From NCBI GenBank assembly GCA_001002325.1, contig LCNZ01000001.1, forward strand, positions 67,773 to 131,772: DNA of 64,000 nucleotides, given 5' to 3'. Below, piece by piece: positions 28,410-37,903 of this stretch. The position numbers and the translations under genes were made by a program. Origin of the DNA: Candidatus Amesbacteria bacterium GW2011_GWB1_47_19. GTDB lineage: Bacteria; Patescibacteriota; Microgenomatia; CAZETR01; Amesbacteraceae. The stretch's first letter is position 1. The number at the start of each line of letters is the position of its first letter. The notes beneath the pieces were generated by a model. It was not told the DNA's origin. It saw only the letters and a list, made by a program, of their open reading frames with translations, and did not search any database.

Positions 28410-30728
28410 TCAGGGGGCCGGAGAAAAATCGATATCGACTTTCACAGGGCCTGACACCGGGGTATTATAGCGAAGATGTCCGGTGGAAGCAACGGAGGGA
28501 GTTGTATAGGAAGTGGCAAACCAATCCGGGGGGTATGAAATCCCAAGCTCAAGATCTGATGCATCAAGACCGGGTTGGTTCAGTAGATCCATTTGATAAT
28601 GAAAACGGCCATCAGGGACCGGTGGTTGAGTGGTGACGACTTCAAATTCAGAATCATCACCGGGTCGCGGATCAATTTTGATCTCGATAAAATTTTTACG
28701 GTCTGTAGTTTTACGCCAGTAATTTGACGGAGAGAAAGCGGTGCCGTTGACCATGATTGAACTTACACCTGCATCAGAAGCCAGATAAAGTCTGAAATAA
28801 ACCGGAGATTTAAGGTGAAGCCGCATGGCGAAAGTGGTGAGCACCTGGGCGGGAGTAATGTCGAACTTAATATTCTGCCGTATGTCCAGCGGTTCGGTCA
28901 GAGGCGTTGAATCCAAATGGGTAACAACGGGGTAGAAAAATGTATGAAAACAAGTCAGATTTCCGCGGCATTCGGGTAGAGTTAATCCCCCACTCCAGCC
29001 TGATTGAGACAATCCCGGAACCGAAAACGTAAGAGGTGCTATGAAGATTTCCCTGTTTTCCAATGATTGAGCAAGAGAGAACATAATCCGGGTTTGCTGA
29101 GATGGAGTAAGAGAACGCATTTGTTTTTCCAGGGCCAGGATAACGGTGGTTAAAAAATTGTCCGGGGCGGATTGGCCAACACGGGATGAAAAATCAGCCG
29201 AGGTTAAAACCTGTGATAAATCTGAAGCCTCAAGTTGTCCAACGTCAGATATCAGACGAGCCAAGGTGCGGGTGTTTAAGGCTATGACCACATTTATATC
29301 CAATGACAATTCTTTATTGACAAACCAGGCAATTTTGGCGGCGGCGGCCGGAAAGTCAGGGTCCCAATTGGCGTCCTGTAAAAGCCAACGATTACGACCT
29401 GTCGCCCTGGCAAAATCCGAAGGAGGTTCAGCCAATCCCCTGAATTGACCATCCGCGACATCAGCTGGAAGTGCCTGGAAATTGATAATGCGACCGTTCT
29501 GGGCTGTAATTATGGCTAAAGTATCAATTAAACCGCCGGAGGGTTTGGGCCGTGATGCGTCCTGAATGATCAGTAGATACTGAGTACGACCAGATCTGGA
29601 AAAGATACGCAGCATATCGGGGGCCAATAGTTGGAACCGGGACAAAAACTGTCTAGCGGAGGAAATTTGGACAGCGGCGGTAGTTAAGCGGGGTGAAGGT
29701 TTGGGAGATGACAAGTACATGTTTTTGAGGTCGGAGTTGAGGTAGGACAGGGATTCCGAAAGAGCGGAAAACTGGATTAGATACTCACCAGGATCAAGCC
29801 ACTGCCCCGGGGTGATGGAGTTTACGAAATATGCAAATAACTGATTGGCTTTCGCGGCGGACTTTTCCAACAGAACCAGACTGTCGGTGAGGTGGGTTAA
29901 AGTGTCTACTGATTCATGGAGAGGAAAGTTGAGACGATAGAACATATACGTTGAACCGGGCAGAAAGCGAGTCTGAGCGAGTATTGCCCGAGAGACAGCG
30001 GTTGCGCGGGCGGTGCAGATCGATGCCCGGGATATCCGTCCTTGAGGCAGGTGTTTTAGTGCGCAACCGGTAAAACCCCAGACCAACAGGAATTGGATCA
30101 GTATGACCAGATATGGAATCACCAAGACTCCGAACAGAACAAACCACGGAAAGTGCAAGTGAAAACGGTGTAATCGGAACCGTCGAAATTTTTTTCGGAG
30201 GGGAACAACCGGTGTTATTCGTGGCGATTGATATGCGTATCCATATTTAAAATGACGAATTATTTGTTGAGCAACGGCCGTTCTGTCTGAGTCGGGGTTT
30301 ACCTCTATAATGTGTGAGCGCAGACGGTGTGACTGGGAAAATTGAAGAAATAGAGTATGGGCCGTAGATTTCAGATGTGAGATGGAATCAGGAAGTATGA
30401 GTATAAAGCGAGATGAGTATCGGGAAGCAATCTGAAGTAAGTCATAAAGTTCGGTGGTGCAGGACAAAGTCTCGTTAAGTGAAGGGGAGCCTAACCCGGC
30501 GAGGTGAATGATAACGTCCGGGCGGCTAAACGGACCGGATGAGCCGGGATGAAAGTTTTCAATTTTGAAATTTCCCAGAGAAGTAAGTTGCATTGTTAAT
30601 TCACGGGCTAATGAATGCTGATGATGAGTCAGAAGGACAGAATTCCCGGAGGGTATAGTTTCTGAAATTAATTTTATTTTGGGCATTCTTTTTATTCTAA
30701 AGTAATTATCGTAAATAGACACTATCAA
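28410..30728 (-). CDS. large membrane protein, hypothetical (N-terminal cytoplasmic domain, TM, large extracytoplasmic domain)
   Basis: 772-aa ORF with a central TM helix (WFVLFGVLVIPYLVILIQFLLVWGF) and no recognised catalytic motif. Confidence 0.4.
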   Translation of the reverse strand: MIVSIYDNYFRIKRMPKIKLISETIPSGNSVLLTHHQHSLARELTMQLTSLGNFKIENFHPGSSGPFSRPDVIIHLAGLGSPSLNETLSCTTELYDLLQIASRYSSRFILILPDSISHLKSTAHTLFLQFSQSHRLRSHIIEVNPDSDRTAVAQQIIRHFKYGYAYQSPRITPVVPLRKKFRRFRLHRFHLHFPWFVLFGVLVIPYLVILIQFLLVWGFTGCALKHLPQGRISRASICTARATAVSRAILAQTRFLPGSTYMFYRLNFPLHESVDTLTHLTDSLVLLEKSAAKANQLFAYFVNSITPGQWLDPGEYLIQFSALSESLSYLNSDLKNMYLSSPKPSPRLTTAAVQISSARQFLSRFQLLAPDMLRIFSRSGRTQYLLIIQDASRPKPSGGLIDTLAIITAQNGRIINFQALPADVADGQFRGLAEPPSDFARATGRNRWLLQDANWDPDFPAAAAKIAWFVNKELSLDINVVIALNTRTLARLISDVGQLEASDLSQVLTSADFSSRVGQSAPDNFLTTVILALEKQMRSLTPSQQTRIMFSLAQSLENREIFIAPLTFSVPGLSQSGWSGGLTLPECRGNLTCFHTFFYPVVTHLDSTPLTEPLDIRQNIKFDITPAQVLTTFAMRLHLKSPVYFRLYLASDAGVSSIMVNGTAFSPSNYWRKTTDRKNFIEIKIDPRPGDDSEFEVVTTQPPVPDGRFHYQMDLLNQPGLDASDLELGISYPPDWFATSYTTPSVASTGHLRYNTPVSGPVKVDIDFSPAP

Positions 30729-30779
30729 TCATTACACTTTTTTTGTGGCTAGTTTTGACTATTTTTCGTGCCTGCTTAT

Positions 30780-30812
30780 TTCATGTTTTTGTCAATACAT
30801 CAAAAACATGAA
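30780..30812. promoter_or_regulatory. perfect 12-bp inverted repeat (TTCATGTTTTTG-N9-CAAAAACATGAA) in intergenic region
   Basis: Read directly. It sits between the rnhA 3' end and the start of the 772-aa membrane-protein gene, with no flanking T-run, so it looks more like an operator than a terminator. Confidence 0.5.
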
Positions 30813-30870
30813 AATCCCCGCATAATATAGGATGCTATTTCTGCCCTATTTACTGAGGTTATTTTAAAGA

Positions 30871-31302
30871 TTAATGGAGATTATCGAGGGTTATGTTGAC
30901 CAACCGATCCGCCTGATAATTTTGTAGCCGGGGAATGTATGAGTAATTTATATCGATGGATAGTTTGTCTGCTAGTTGTTTGGCAGTTAAAAATTTAATT
31001 CTTAACTGAGGTTCCTTAACTTTGAAATTACCGGAAAGCTGGTTGACTAGAAGTTGAGTGTCTAAGAAATAGTGGATAGCGATTAGGTTGTATGTTTTAG
31101 TAAATCGAATTTCAAGTAACCAGGAAAGAGAATCGATTACAGCCTGATACTCGGCCTGATTGTTGGTGGCATGGCCCAGGAATCTTCCTGATTGATGCAA
31201 GATACGGCCTGAGGGATCTTTGACTACAAAGGCTGCTGCGGCAGGGCCCGGATTACCCCGGGCTCCTCCATCACAGTAGATGTTTAAATATTTGGTGCTC
31301 AT
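30871..31302 (-). CDS. rnhA: ribonuclease HI
   Basis: IYCDGGARGNPGPAAAAFV...NNQAEYQAVIDSL, the RNase H DEDD-site context. Confidence 0.85.
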   Translation of the reverse strand: MSTKYLNIYCDGGARGNPGPAAAAFVVKDPSGRILHQSGRFLGHATNNQAEYQAVIDSLSWLLEIRFTKTYNLIAIHYFLDTQLLVNQLSGNFKVKEPQLRIKFLTAKQLADKLSIDINYSYIPRLQNYQADRLVNITLDNLH

Positions 31303-31305
31303 TGC

Positions 31306-32493
31306 TCAGTGCTCAGTCCCCATATTTAATATTAGCAGAGAAAACAGGATTACCAGGAGAAGGCTGTTTTGATGAGCGGTAAGCCAATAATGATCTGACA
31401 TCCCGGAAATTAATACTACAGCAACCGGAAGCAGTAATGAGCGGCCCTTGAGACGCGTCATAAAATAACACATTATTAAGAAAGCTGGGATGCCAAGTTC
31501 GGAAATGAGAAGAAGAAACACATTGTGTACGGGCTGAAGAGTGAGGTTATAGGGAACAGTGGTTAGGTTATAGTATGGTTGGGCGGATGGAACATATGCC
31601 CCCAACCCCACTCCCAGTAAAAGATGATCCTTGATGACCGATAAGGAAACCCCATATTGAGACAAACGCTCGGGGATGGAGGAGGGGTTACCGGGCATGA
31701 GAGCAGGAGAGTAGAAGAGTAGAAGAGAAGAAAAGAGTAAAAGACTAATTTTTAATTTTAAATTTTTAACTTTCAGTAAGACCAAAAACACTAAGAATAT
31801 CGCTTCAATAATAATAGCTGTTCTGGAGAAGGTTACCGGAATGGTTATGATAGATGCCAGGATAGCGATTTTAGATATTAGAGATTTTGGATAGAGATAA
31901 TAGATAAGCAGGCCGGCGACTAACAGAAAACCGGCGAGAGCGTTGGGGTGAGGAAAAGTGGCATACGGCCTGAGTGTAAGTCCCAGGTTCCAAGTCTCAA
32001 ATTCCAAGTCTATTTTGGATATTCCGGGAGTAGACAAATTAAAAGTGCGTTCTCCCAACCAGTACCAGAGTCCACCAACTGAGGACTGTTTTAAAAACTG
32101 GATCCAAGTCAAAAACGAAACCCAGATTAAAGACAATTCTAATGACCAATTTAATATTTTTGGTAATTTTAAATCAAATTTAATAGTCAAATAACCAAAT
32201 AACCAAAAATATTCCAGAATCCGAATCCATCTAATGATAGTGACCATGGGGGAAAATGAAAAAAATGTATTCAGGGTTATGAAAATCAGAATCGGGAGCT
32301 GGATATGGGTACGAAATCCGGATATAAGAAAAAGAGACAGTATTAGGAGGTCTGTGAAATATAGAGTGGGAGAGAGGTAATCAAGAGGTAGGCCAGAAAC
32401 AAAGCTGAATGAGGGCCAGAAATGTAAGCCTAACTGGGAAGGAAGTGTTAATAGGAGAAGAATAAAAATATATTTTTCCAGACGACCCGACAC
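31306..32493 (-). CDS. O-antigen ligase (Wzy_C) family membrane protein
   Basis: About 10 TM helices plus HNVFLLLISELGIPAF, the Wzy_C H-N...E-G signature. It contains three in-frame short-repeat insertions. Confidence 0.55.
   Translation of the reverse strand: MSGRLEKYIFILLLLTLPSQLGLHFWPSFSFVSGLPLDYLSPTLYFTDLLILSLFLISGFRTHIQLPILIFITLNTFFSFSPMVTIIRWIRILEYFWLFGYLTIKFDLKLPKILNWSLELSLIWVSFLTWIQFLKQSSVGGLWYWLGERTFNLSTPGISKIDLEFETWNLGLTLRPYATFPHPNALAGFLLVAGLLIYYLYPKSLISKIAILASIITIPVTFSRTAIIIEAIFLVFLVLLKVKNLKLKISLLLFSSLLLFYSPALMPGNPSSIPERLSQYGVSLSVIKDHLLLGVGLGAYVPSAQPYYNLTTVPYNLTLQPVHNVFLLLISELGIPAFLIMCYFMTRLKGRSLLLPVAVVLISGMSDHYWLTAHQNSLLLVILFSLLILNMGTEH
31690..31775. repeat. composite purine-rich (GAGTAGAAG)n plus AT-rich repeat inserted in O-antigen-ligase-like gene
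   Basis: gagtagaagagtagaagagaagaaaagagtaaaagactaatttttaattttaaatttttaac. On the minus strand it encodes KVKNLKLKISLLLFSSLLLFYS. Confidence 0.75.
32150..32215. repeat. AT-rich octamer repeat (AAATAACC)2 and flanking AT repeats in O-antigen-ligase-like gene
   Basis: caatttaatatttttggtaattttaaatcaaatttaatagtcaaataaccaaataaccaaaaata. Confidence 0.7.
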
Positions 32494-32501
32494 GGATCAA
32501 A

Positions 32502-32966
32502 TTATACGGCCCGGGGGGAGATGATGACACTACGGTTGCGTCCGAGACCTTCGGAGGATGTGGTGACCTGGGGATGATCGGACAGATACATGTGGACTAT
32601 TCGGCGTTCTCCGGCGGGCATAGGCGGAAGAGAGTGGGGCTGTCCGGTGGCAATTACCCTGGTAACTGCTGAGTCGGCGAGAGAGTGAAGTGCGGACTCT
32701 CGACGTTCCCGATAATCATTGACGTTTATCGAGAGATTGAACCAGCGATCGAAACGGGAGTGCAGGTGCTGACCCAGAACCAACTGGAGAGCAGAGAGGT
32801 TTTCACCATGATATCCGATGATCAGTCCGGGTTCTGCCGTTTTCAGAAATACCTGCAGGGAATCAGGGTCAGTACCGGCTTCCACAGAGACTCCAGTAGG
32901 TGCGGGGAATTCGAACCGGTCAAGGAAGTCGTTGATGAGGGTAATGATTTGGCGGTTGGTATCCAT
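32502..32966 (-). CDS. Jag/KhpB-like RNA-binding protein (KH + R3H)
   Basis: KH-like region (IIGYHGENLSALQLVLG) and an R3H-like C-terminus, located downstream of yidC as in jag. Confidence 0.7.
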   Translation of the reverse strand: MDTNRQIITLINDFLDRFEFPAPTGVSVEAGTDPDSLQVFLKTAEPGLIIGYHGENLSALQLVLGQHLHSRFDRWFNLSINVNDYRERRESALHSLADSAVTRVIATGQPHSLPPMPAGERRIVHMYLSDHPQVTTSSEGLGRNRSVIISPRAV

Positions 32967-33772
32967 CAGCGGTGTATTTTTTTCAACCAGGGGGTCAGAC
33001 CTCCCCAGCCGGTAGCGTAATATTGCTGGATTATACTGACGGCAGAGAAAATAAACCAGTAAATAACCAGTCCCGATGGAAACTGGAAACCTATAACCAG
33101 CGTCATTAAGGGGAAAAGATATAACATTTGCTGTTGGGCGTCCACCATGGCATCATCCGAAGCCTGAGGTGTCTTTTGGGCCAGTTTCTTTTCGCGATTC
33201 ACTACAGGCAGCATCATTTTTGAACTGATCAGCTGAACGAATGCCGAGAGTAGTAAAAAAATACCAGGAATGGGGATAGGGATGGAGGGGACACGGGAAA
33301 CATCCGGCTTTGTAAGGTCTAAATACAGAAATTTTGTAGACAAATGAAAATCCGAATCAAGACGGTTGAAGGAATAAAGCAGGGGATTAAGATGTTCTAC
33401 TAAACCGGCGCCATTTGGCTTGAGGACCGAATTGAGGGCGCTGAAGAGGGCAATAAGCACTACCAGCTGGATTATCTGAGGCAGGCATCCGGCGGCGGGG
33501 TTGGCTCCGTGTTGTTTGTAAAGCTCAGCCTGGGCAAGCGCCAGTCCCTGTTTATTCCCGGTGAATTTTTCTTTTAGTTTGGCCAGCTCAGGTGCCAACT
33601 CCTGCATTTTTTTACCCAACTTAAGGGACGGCAGAATCAGGGGGGTCATGGCTAAACGGAGGATAACAGTAAGAATAATAATCGCCCAACCTAAATTTCC
33701 AGTTACTTTATACAGAGCAATAAGCGAGTTTATCAGAGGATGAAAAAGCAATAGATTCCAAAGTTCGCGCAT
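32966..33772 (-). CDS. yidC: membrane protein insertase YidC (short form)
   Basis: LYKQHGANPAAGCLPQIIQLVVLIALF, the conserved YidC TM2-3 region. Confidence 0.85.
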   Translation of the reverse strand: MRELWNLLLFHPLINSLIALYKVTGNLGWAIIILTVILRLAMTPLILPSLKLGKKMQELAPELAKLKEKFTGNKQGLALAQAELYKQHGANPAAGCLPQIIQLVVLIALFSALNSVLKPNGAGLVEHLNPLLYSFNRLDSDFHLSTKFLYLDLTKPDVSRVPSIPIPIPGIFLLLSAFVQLISSKMMLPVVNREKKLAQKTPQASDDAMVDAQQQMLYLFPLMTLVIGFQFPSGLVIYWFIFSAVSIIQQYYATGWGGLTPWLKKIHR

Positions 33773-33789
33773 ATATTAGATATGAGTAA

Positions 33790-34023
33790 TTAAGGAACGG
33801 GGTCGAAACCACCGGAGCGTCCGGGGTGGCAGCGCAAGATACGCTTTAATCCAAGTACACTGCCGTGTAGAATACCATATTTAACTATGGCTTGGTAGGT
33901 ATACTCTGAGCAGCGGGGAGTGTAGCGGCAGGCGGATCCGGGAAAAAGAAGGTGCATAAAGCCGGTATCAAATGAGAGGTATTTTTGATAAAACCGTATC
34001 AAGTAGAGCAGCAATTTCCGCAT
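33790..34023 (-). CDS. yidD: membrane protein insertion efficiency factor YidD
   Basis: YQKYLS...[19 protein letters not shown] is the YidD signature. Confidence 0.85.
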   Translation of the reverse strand: MRKLLLYLIRFYQKYLSFDTGFMHLLFPGSACRYTPRCSEYTYQAIVKYGILHGSVLGLKRILRCHPGRSGGFDPVP

Positions 34024-34306
34024 CCGTTAAGTTTAGCATTGTACGGGAGGGGTGAAGAATGATGTCATTGCGAAGAGCTAATGGCGATGTATTCAGGAGA
34101 TTGTAGATTTTGCGGCGAAAGCGGTTTCTGACAACTGCCCGCTTGTGAAATTTAGAAGATGTGACGATGGCAAAACGAGCTGGTTGTTCGTTGTTCGTTA
34201 TTCGTTGATAGTAAATTAGAGAAAGATTGGGGGTGCGAATTTTGCGGCCGAGTTTTTGGACAGCTAAAAAATCAGTACGATGCAATCGGCGGGATTTGGA
34301 TATCAC
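33968..34306 (-). CDS. rnpA: ribonuclease P protein component
   Basis: The RNR motif region ([14 protein letters not shown]), the protein size, and the position between rpmH and yidD. Confidence 0.8.
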   Translation of the reverse strand: MISKSRRLHRTDFLAVQKLGRKIRTPNLSLIYYQRITNNEQPARFAIVTSSKFHKRAVVRNRFRRKIYNLLNTSPLALRNDIILHPSRTMLNLTDAEIAALLDTVLSKIPLI

Positions 34307-34352
34307 TTGAATTAAATTCTAAATCCCAAAGCTCTAAAAACAAAACTATATA

Positions 34353-34493
34353 TTAAGAAACCGCAAGGCGGCGGCGGTCGGCGAGACGGCGACGGGCAAG
34401 TAAATTGCGTCCTGTGCGGGTAGACATACGGGAACGGAATCCATGTTTTCTGAGACGCTTGAGTTTCTTCGGCTGCCAGGTACGTTTGGGCAT
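34353..34493 (-). CDS. rpmH: 50S ribosomal protein L34
   Basis: I translated this by eye from the minus strand as [46 protein letters not shown]. It is absent from the ORF track because it is under 60 aa, and it overlaps a spurious 95-aa ORF in another frame. Confidence 0.85.
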   Translation of the reverse strand: MPKRTWQPKKLKRLRKHGFRSRMSTRTGRNLLARRRLADRRRLAVS

Positions 34494-34553
34494 GGGTAAG
34501 AGTATAAGCGGAGGCAGGCAGAAGAGCAAGAGTAAATATACCTCTTGACTGAG

Positions 34554-34600
34554 TGTGGATAACTAGTATATGTTGCTTCTTGCCGGAAGAGTTATCCACA
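34554..34600. promoter_or_regulatory. two perfect DnaA boxes (TGTGGATAA at 34554-34562, TTATCCACA at 34592-34600) in the dnaA promoter/leader
   Basis: Both are exact 9-mers read directly from the sequence, in inverted orientation just upstream of the dnaA RBS (AAGGAG) and ATG at 34613. Confidence 0.8.
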
Positions 34601-34612
34601 ACTATAAAGGAG

Positions 34613-35965
34613 ATGATAGATAAAGAAAAAGTTTGGAAAGCAGTATTGGAAGCTTTGAGACTGGCAGTGTCTCCGGGTACTTACGGCACCTACTTAAAAC
34701 AGACGGAGTTGGCTGATGTCAGAGAAAAAGACGGCCGGCTATTGTGCGAGGTGGGTTGCGCTTCTTCTTTTGCCAAAAACACCCTAGAGCAAAGGTATTG
34801 GGGTCAAATCACGGAGGAATTGGAAAGGGTGACAGGTAATAAGTGTGAAATAATTTTGATAGTAAAAAGCAGAAAAGCAGATGAACAGGATAGTATAAGT
34901 GGTCCATTATTCGAGAGTAAAGAAGTCATTAAGGGAGGTTGGAAAAAAGCAAACCTGCGGGAAACTTTTACTTTTGACAACTATGCAGTAGCCGGCAGTA
35001 ACCAAATGGCGTTTGCGGCATCCCAGGCGGTAGCCCGCAAGCCGGGAGAGGCATATAATCCCTTGTTTATTTACGGCGGAGTAGGGGTGGGCAAGACGCA
35101 TTTAATGCAGGCGATCGGTCATGAGGTATTGAATAACGACAGAGGTTCAGTGTTGTTTTGTTCCGGAGAAGAATTTACCAATGATCTGGTGGAAGCCATC
35201 AGGTTTAAATCCACGGATAAAATCAGGCTTAGGTACCGGAAAGTTAAACTACTGATGATAGACGATGTGCAATTTATCGCGGGTAAACCAACCGTCCAGG
35301 AAGAGTTTTTCCATACTTTTAACGCCATCCAAAAGGAAGGCGGTCAAATCGTAATGACTTCCGACCGGCCACCGGCGGAAATTTCCAAACTTGAGGAAAG
35401 ATTGAGAAGCCGTTTCGGAGCGGGATTGATTGTGGACATCGGTCCGGCCGATTTTGAATTGAGAACCGCGATTCTGCTCATTAAATCCAGGCAAAGAAAA
35501 ATTGACCTGCCTATGGAAGCAGCCCAGGTAATTGCGAATAAAATTGAGGGGGTAAGAGAGCTTGAGGGTTTTTTGGTCCGGTTGATTTCCGAAGCGGAAA
35601 TGAAACAACAAGAAATTACTAAAGAGTGGGTGGAAGAAGTCCTGGAAATCGCCAAACCCGGTAACGGACGAGCTAAGATAATCACTTCTACGGAAGTGTT
35701 TTCTGTGGTGGGCAATTATTACAGGCTTGGTATACAACAATTGAAAGGGGAGAGAAGAACTAAAATGATAGCCTGGCCGAGACAAATATTAATGTATTTG
35801 CTGCGATATGAGTTGAAACTACCGCTGACAGAAGTGGGCAGAATGGTGGGAGACAGGGACCATACAACAGTAATGCACGGATCAAATAAAGTGAAACTGG
35901 GGATGGAGACAGACCAAAGAATAAAAACAGAGGTTGAAGACATTAAGAAAAAGTTGTTTACATGA
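34613..35965 (+). CDS. dnaA: chromosomal replication initiator DnaA
   Basis: AAA+ Walker A GGVGVGKTHL, sensor motifs and a C-terminal HTH (DHTTVMH). I moved the start to the ATG at 34613 because the ORF-track start (34553) would run through the DnaA boxes. Confidence 0.95.
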   Translation: MIDKEKVWKAVLEALRLAVSPGTYGTYLKQTELADVREKDGRLLCEVGCASSFAKNTLEQRYWGQITEELERVTGNKCEIILIVKSRKADEQDSISGPLFESKEVIKGGWKKANLRETFTFDNYAVAGSNQMAFAASQAVARKPGEAYNPLFIYGGVGVGKTHLMQAIGHEVLNNDRGSVLFCSGEEFTNDLVEAIRFKSTDKIRLRYRKVKLLMIDDVQFIAGKPTVQEEFFHTFNAIQKEGGQIVMTSDRPPAEISKLEERLRSRFGAGLIVDIGPADFELRTAILLIKSRQRKIDLPMEAAQVIANKIEGVRELEGFLVRLISEAEMKQQEITKEWVEEVLEIAKPGNGRAKIITSTEVFSVVGNYYRLGIQQLKGERRTKMIAWPRQILMYLLRYELKLPLTEVGRMVGDRDHTTVMHGSNKVKLGMETDQRIKTEVEDIKKKLFT

Positions 35966-36185
35966 GAGGGGGATAGTTTGGGGAGATGTTGTATTTAAAT
36001 CGGGATGGGTGTATACAACTGACAGACAGATAACAACAATAAAAAAATTGTCAACAATCAACTACCAAGTTATCCACAATTCGGCAGGCTCATTGTTAAC
36101 AGAAAACAAACCCGAAAATTAAATTCCAGTTTTATAATTTATTAACTTATCCACAAGACCTACTACTGGTACGACTAAATTATAA
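35966..36185. promoter_or_regulatory. candidate oriC (dnaA-dnaN intergenic) with DnaA boxes and AT-rich unwinding region
   Basis: Perfect TTATCCACA boxes at 36070-36078 and 36147-36155, degenerate boxes (TGTATACAA, GATAACAA), and AT-rich runs (AATAAAAAAATTG, TTTTATAATTTATTAAC). Confidence 0.65.
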
Positions 36186-37313
36186 ATGAAAGCTATAATA
36201 TTACAGGAGAACCTGAGTAAAAGCCTAGGTTTAGTGGGGAGGGTGGTGTCCAGTCGGGGTCAGATGCCGGTATTGGGAAACGTGTTAATAGAAGCCACAA
36301 AAGTGGGGCTGGTGCTGTCAGCAACCAATCTGGAAATGGGTTTGAGAGTGGAAGCGGGGGGTAAAGTAACGGAGGAGGGGGGGATAACGGTGCCGGCGAA
36401 GAATTTGGCGGAATATGCGGGATCTTTGGAATCGGGGAACGTGGAATTGACGGGGGAGGGTGAAAAGCTGAAAGTAAAAGGGGGAAAATCTGAGGCAACT
36501 TTTGCCGGGATTGCAGCAACCGAATTTCCGGTTATTCCCAGGCTGAACGAGAAAACTGCCAAGTCCGACAGGTACAAAATCAGCAGGAAGATCGTACTGG
36601 AAATCGCCCAACAAGTGGCATTTGCGGCCGCAGGAGATGAAAGCAGGCCGGTGCTGACCGGAATCAAACTGATGAAAACGGAAACAGGATTGACGGCCGT
36701 GGCCACTGACGGATTCAGGTTGAGCCGGAAAAGGATTGATAAAGCGGGATTGGGTGGGGGAGGAATTGGAGAGGCGGGATTGATTTTGCCGGCAAGAACA
36801 ATCTTAGAGCTGGCCAGATTGGCATCAGAAAGTAAAGGCGGGGAAATAATTATGGAAAAGGCAGAGGAAAATAACCAGGTGATTTTCGGATGCGACGGGA
36901 TTCAGCTGGTGTCAAGGATACTGGAAGGAAATTTTCCGGATGTGGAAAAAATAATTCCGGTTGAGAAAAAAACATCACTGACAGCAGACAGAGAAAACCT
37001 GTTGAGGGCGGTAAGATCGGCGTCAATTTTTGCCCGAGACAATTCTAATATCATCAGATTTAAAATGGATGCTTCCGGTTTTAAAATAACAGCTTCAGCT
37101 CAGCAGACCGGGGAAAGCGAGATTGAGTTGGAGGCGGAAAAAGAGGGTGAAGATGTGGAAATCGCTTTCAATTACCGCTATGTAATAGACTTTTTGGGAA
37201 GTACCGACATAGAAAGGGTGAGGCTGGTTTTGAACGGTAACCTGGCGCCGGGAGTGTGGTCATGGGAGGGGGACGAGAGTTTAATTCACCTGATCATGCC
37301 GGTGAGGGTTTAG
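36186..37313 (+). CDS. dnaN: DNA polymerase III beta sliding clamp
   Basis: MKAIILQENLSKSLGLVGRVVSSRG... with three-domain length, immediately downstream of dnaA. Confidence 0.9.
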   Translation: MKAIILQENLSKSLGLVGRVVSSRGQMPVLGNVLIEATKVGLVLSATNLEMGLRVEAGGKVTEEGGITVPAKNLAEYAGSLESGNVELTGEGEKLKVKGGKSEATFAGIAATEFPVIPRLNEKTAKSDRYKISRKIVLEIAQQVAFAAAGDESRPVLTGIKLMKTETGLTAVATDGFRLSRKRIDKAGLGGGGIGEAGLILPARTILELARLASESKGGEIIMEKAEENNQVIFGCDGIQLVSRILEGNFPDVEKIIPVEKKTSLTADRENLLRAVRSASIFARDNSNIIRFKMDASGFKITASAQQTGESEIELEAEKEGEDVEIAFNYRYVIDFLGSTDIERVRLVLNGNLAPGVWSWEGDESLIHLIMPVRV

Positions 37314-37903
37314 AGTTTTTGAACTTTCTCCGTTTGCTCTTCTATACCGCCAGATGAACCCTCCGGAACCGGTAAAGGCTGAAAGCGATGATATATGGGT
37401 TCCTGAAAAACCCCATAAACGGAAATAACATATTCAGTATTGTAGGTCCAGGAAGGTTTGGGGGCTACGTAGAGGGTTCTTTTATCCTGGCTGACCTGGG
37501 CGTTTACCGGCTGAAAAGGGGAAACAAAGACACGAATCGAGGTAAGGTTGATTTCCTGATCAAAAGTAAAAGCCAAAGCCATTTCGGGAAAAGCAAGCTT
37601 GGGTTGAGCGTCGGGGGGATAAATTTGCACCAATTTGGGGTCGGGAGTTGGATATTGGGTGGTGTTGGGTTGGATTATGACCGGAGGCGGGGGCGGGGGA
37701 GTAGGGGAGGAGATTTGCAGATAGAGATAAACGAGTGAAATAAGGGACAAAACGCACAATCCCAGAAGAATTTTTTTAGATTTAGGAGAAAAGCGCGAAA
37801 ACATGAATTTAATTACAGAAATAATTTTCCGGTTTGACCCAAATACCTCCAATAGATACCTCCATATGTAAATGGGTAAAGCCCATAGGATAAAGAGTAG
37901 CAA
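37310..37903 (-). CDS. membrane-anchored Pro-rich protein, hypothetical
   Basis: TM (ILLGLCVLSLISLVYLYL), a poly-Pro run and a beta-rich C-terminus. The start probably lies at an internal Met because the ORF overlaps its upstream neighbour. Confidence 0.35.
   Translation of the reverse strand: MLLFILWALPIYIWRYLLEVFGSNRKIISVIKFMFSRFSPKSKKILLGLCVLSLISLVYLYLQISSPTPPPPPPVIIQPNTTQYPTPDPKLVQIYPPDAQPKLAFPEMALAFTFDQEINLTSIRVFVSPFQPVNAQVSQDKRTLYVAPKPSWTYNTEYVISVYGVFQEPIYHRFQPLPVPEGSSGGIEEQTEKVQKL

Noticed and set aside
34312-34599. 95-aa minus-strand ORF in the track upstream of rnpA
   Set aside because: It overlaps the hand-translated, perfectly conserved rpmH (L34) in another frame and runs through the dnaA promoter DnaA boxes, so it is spurious.
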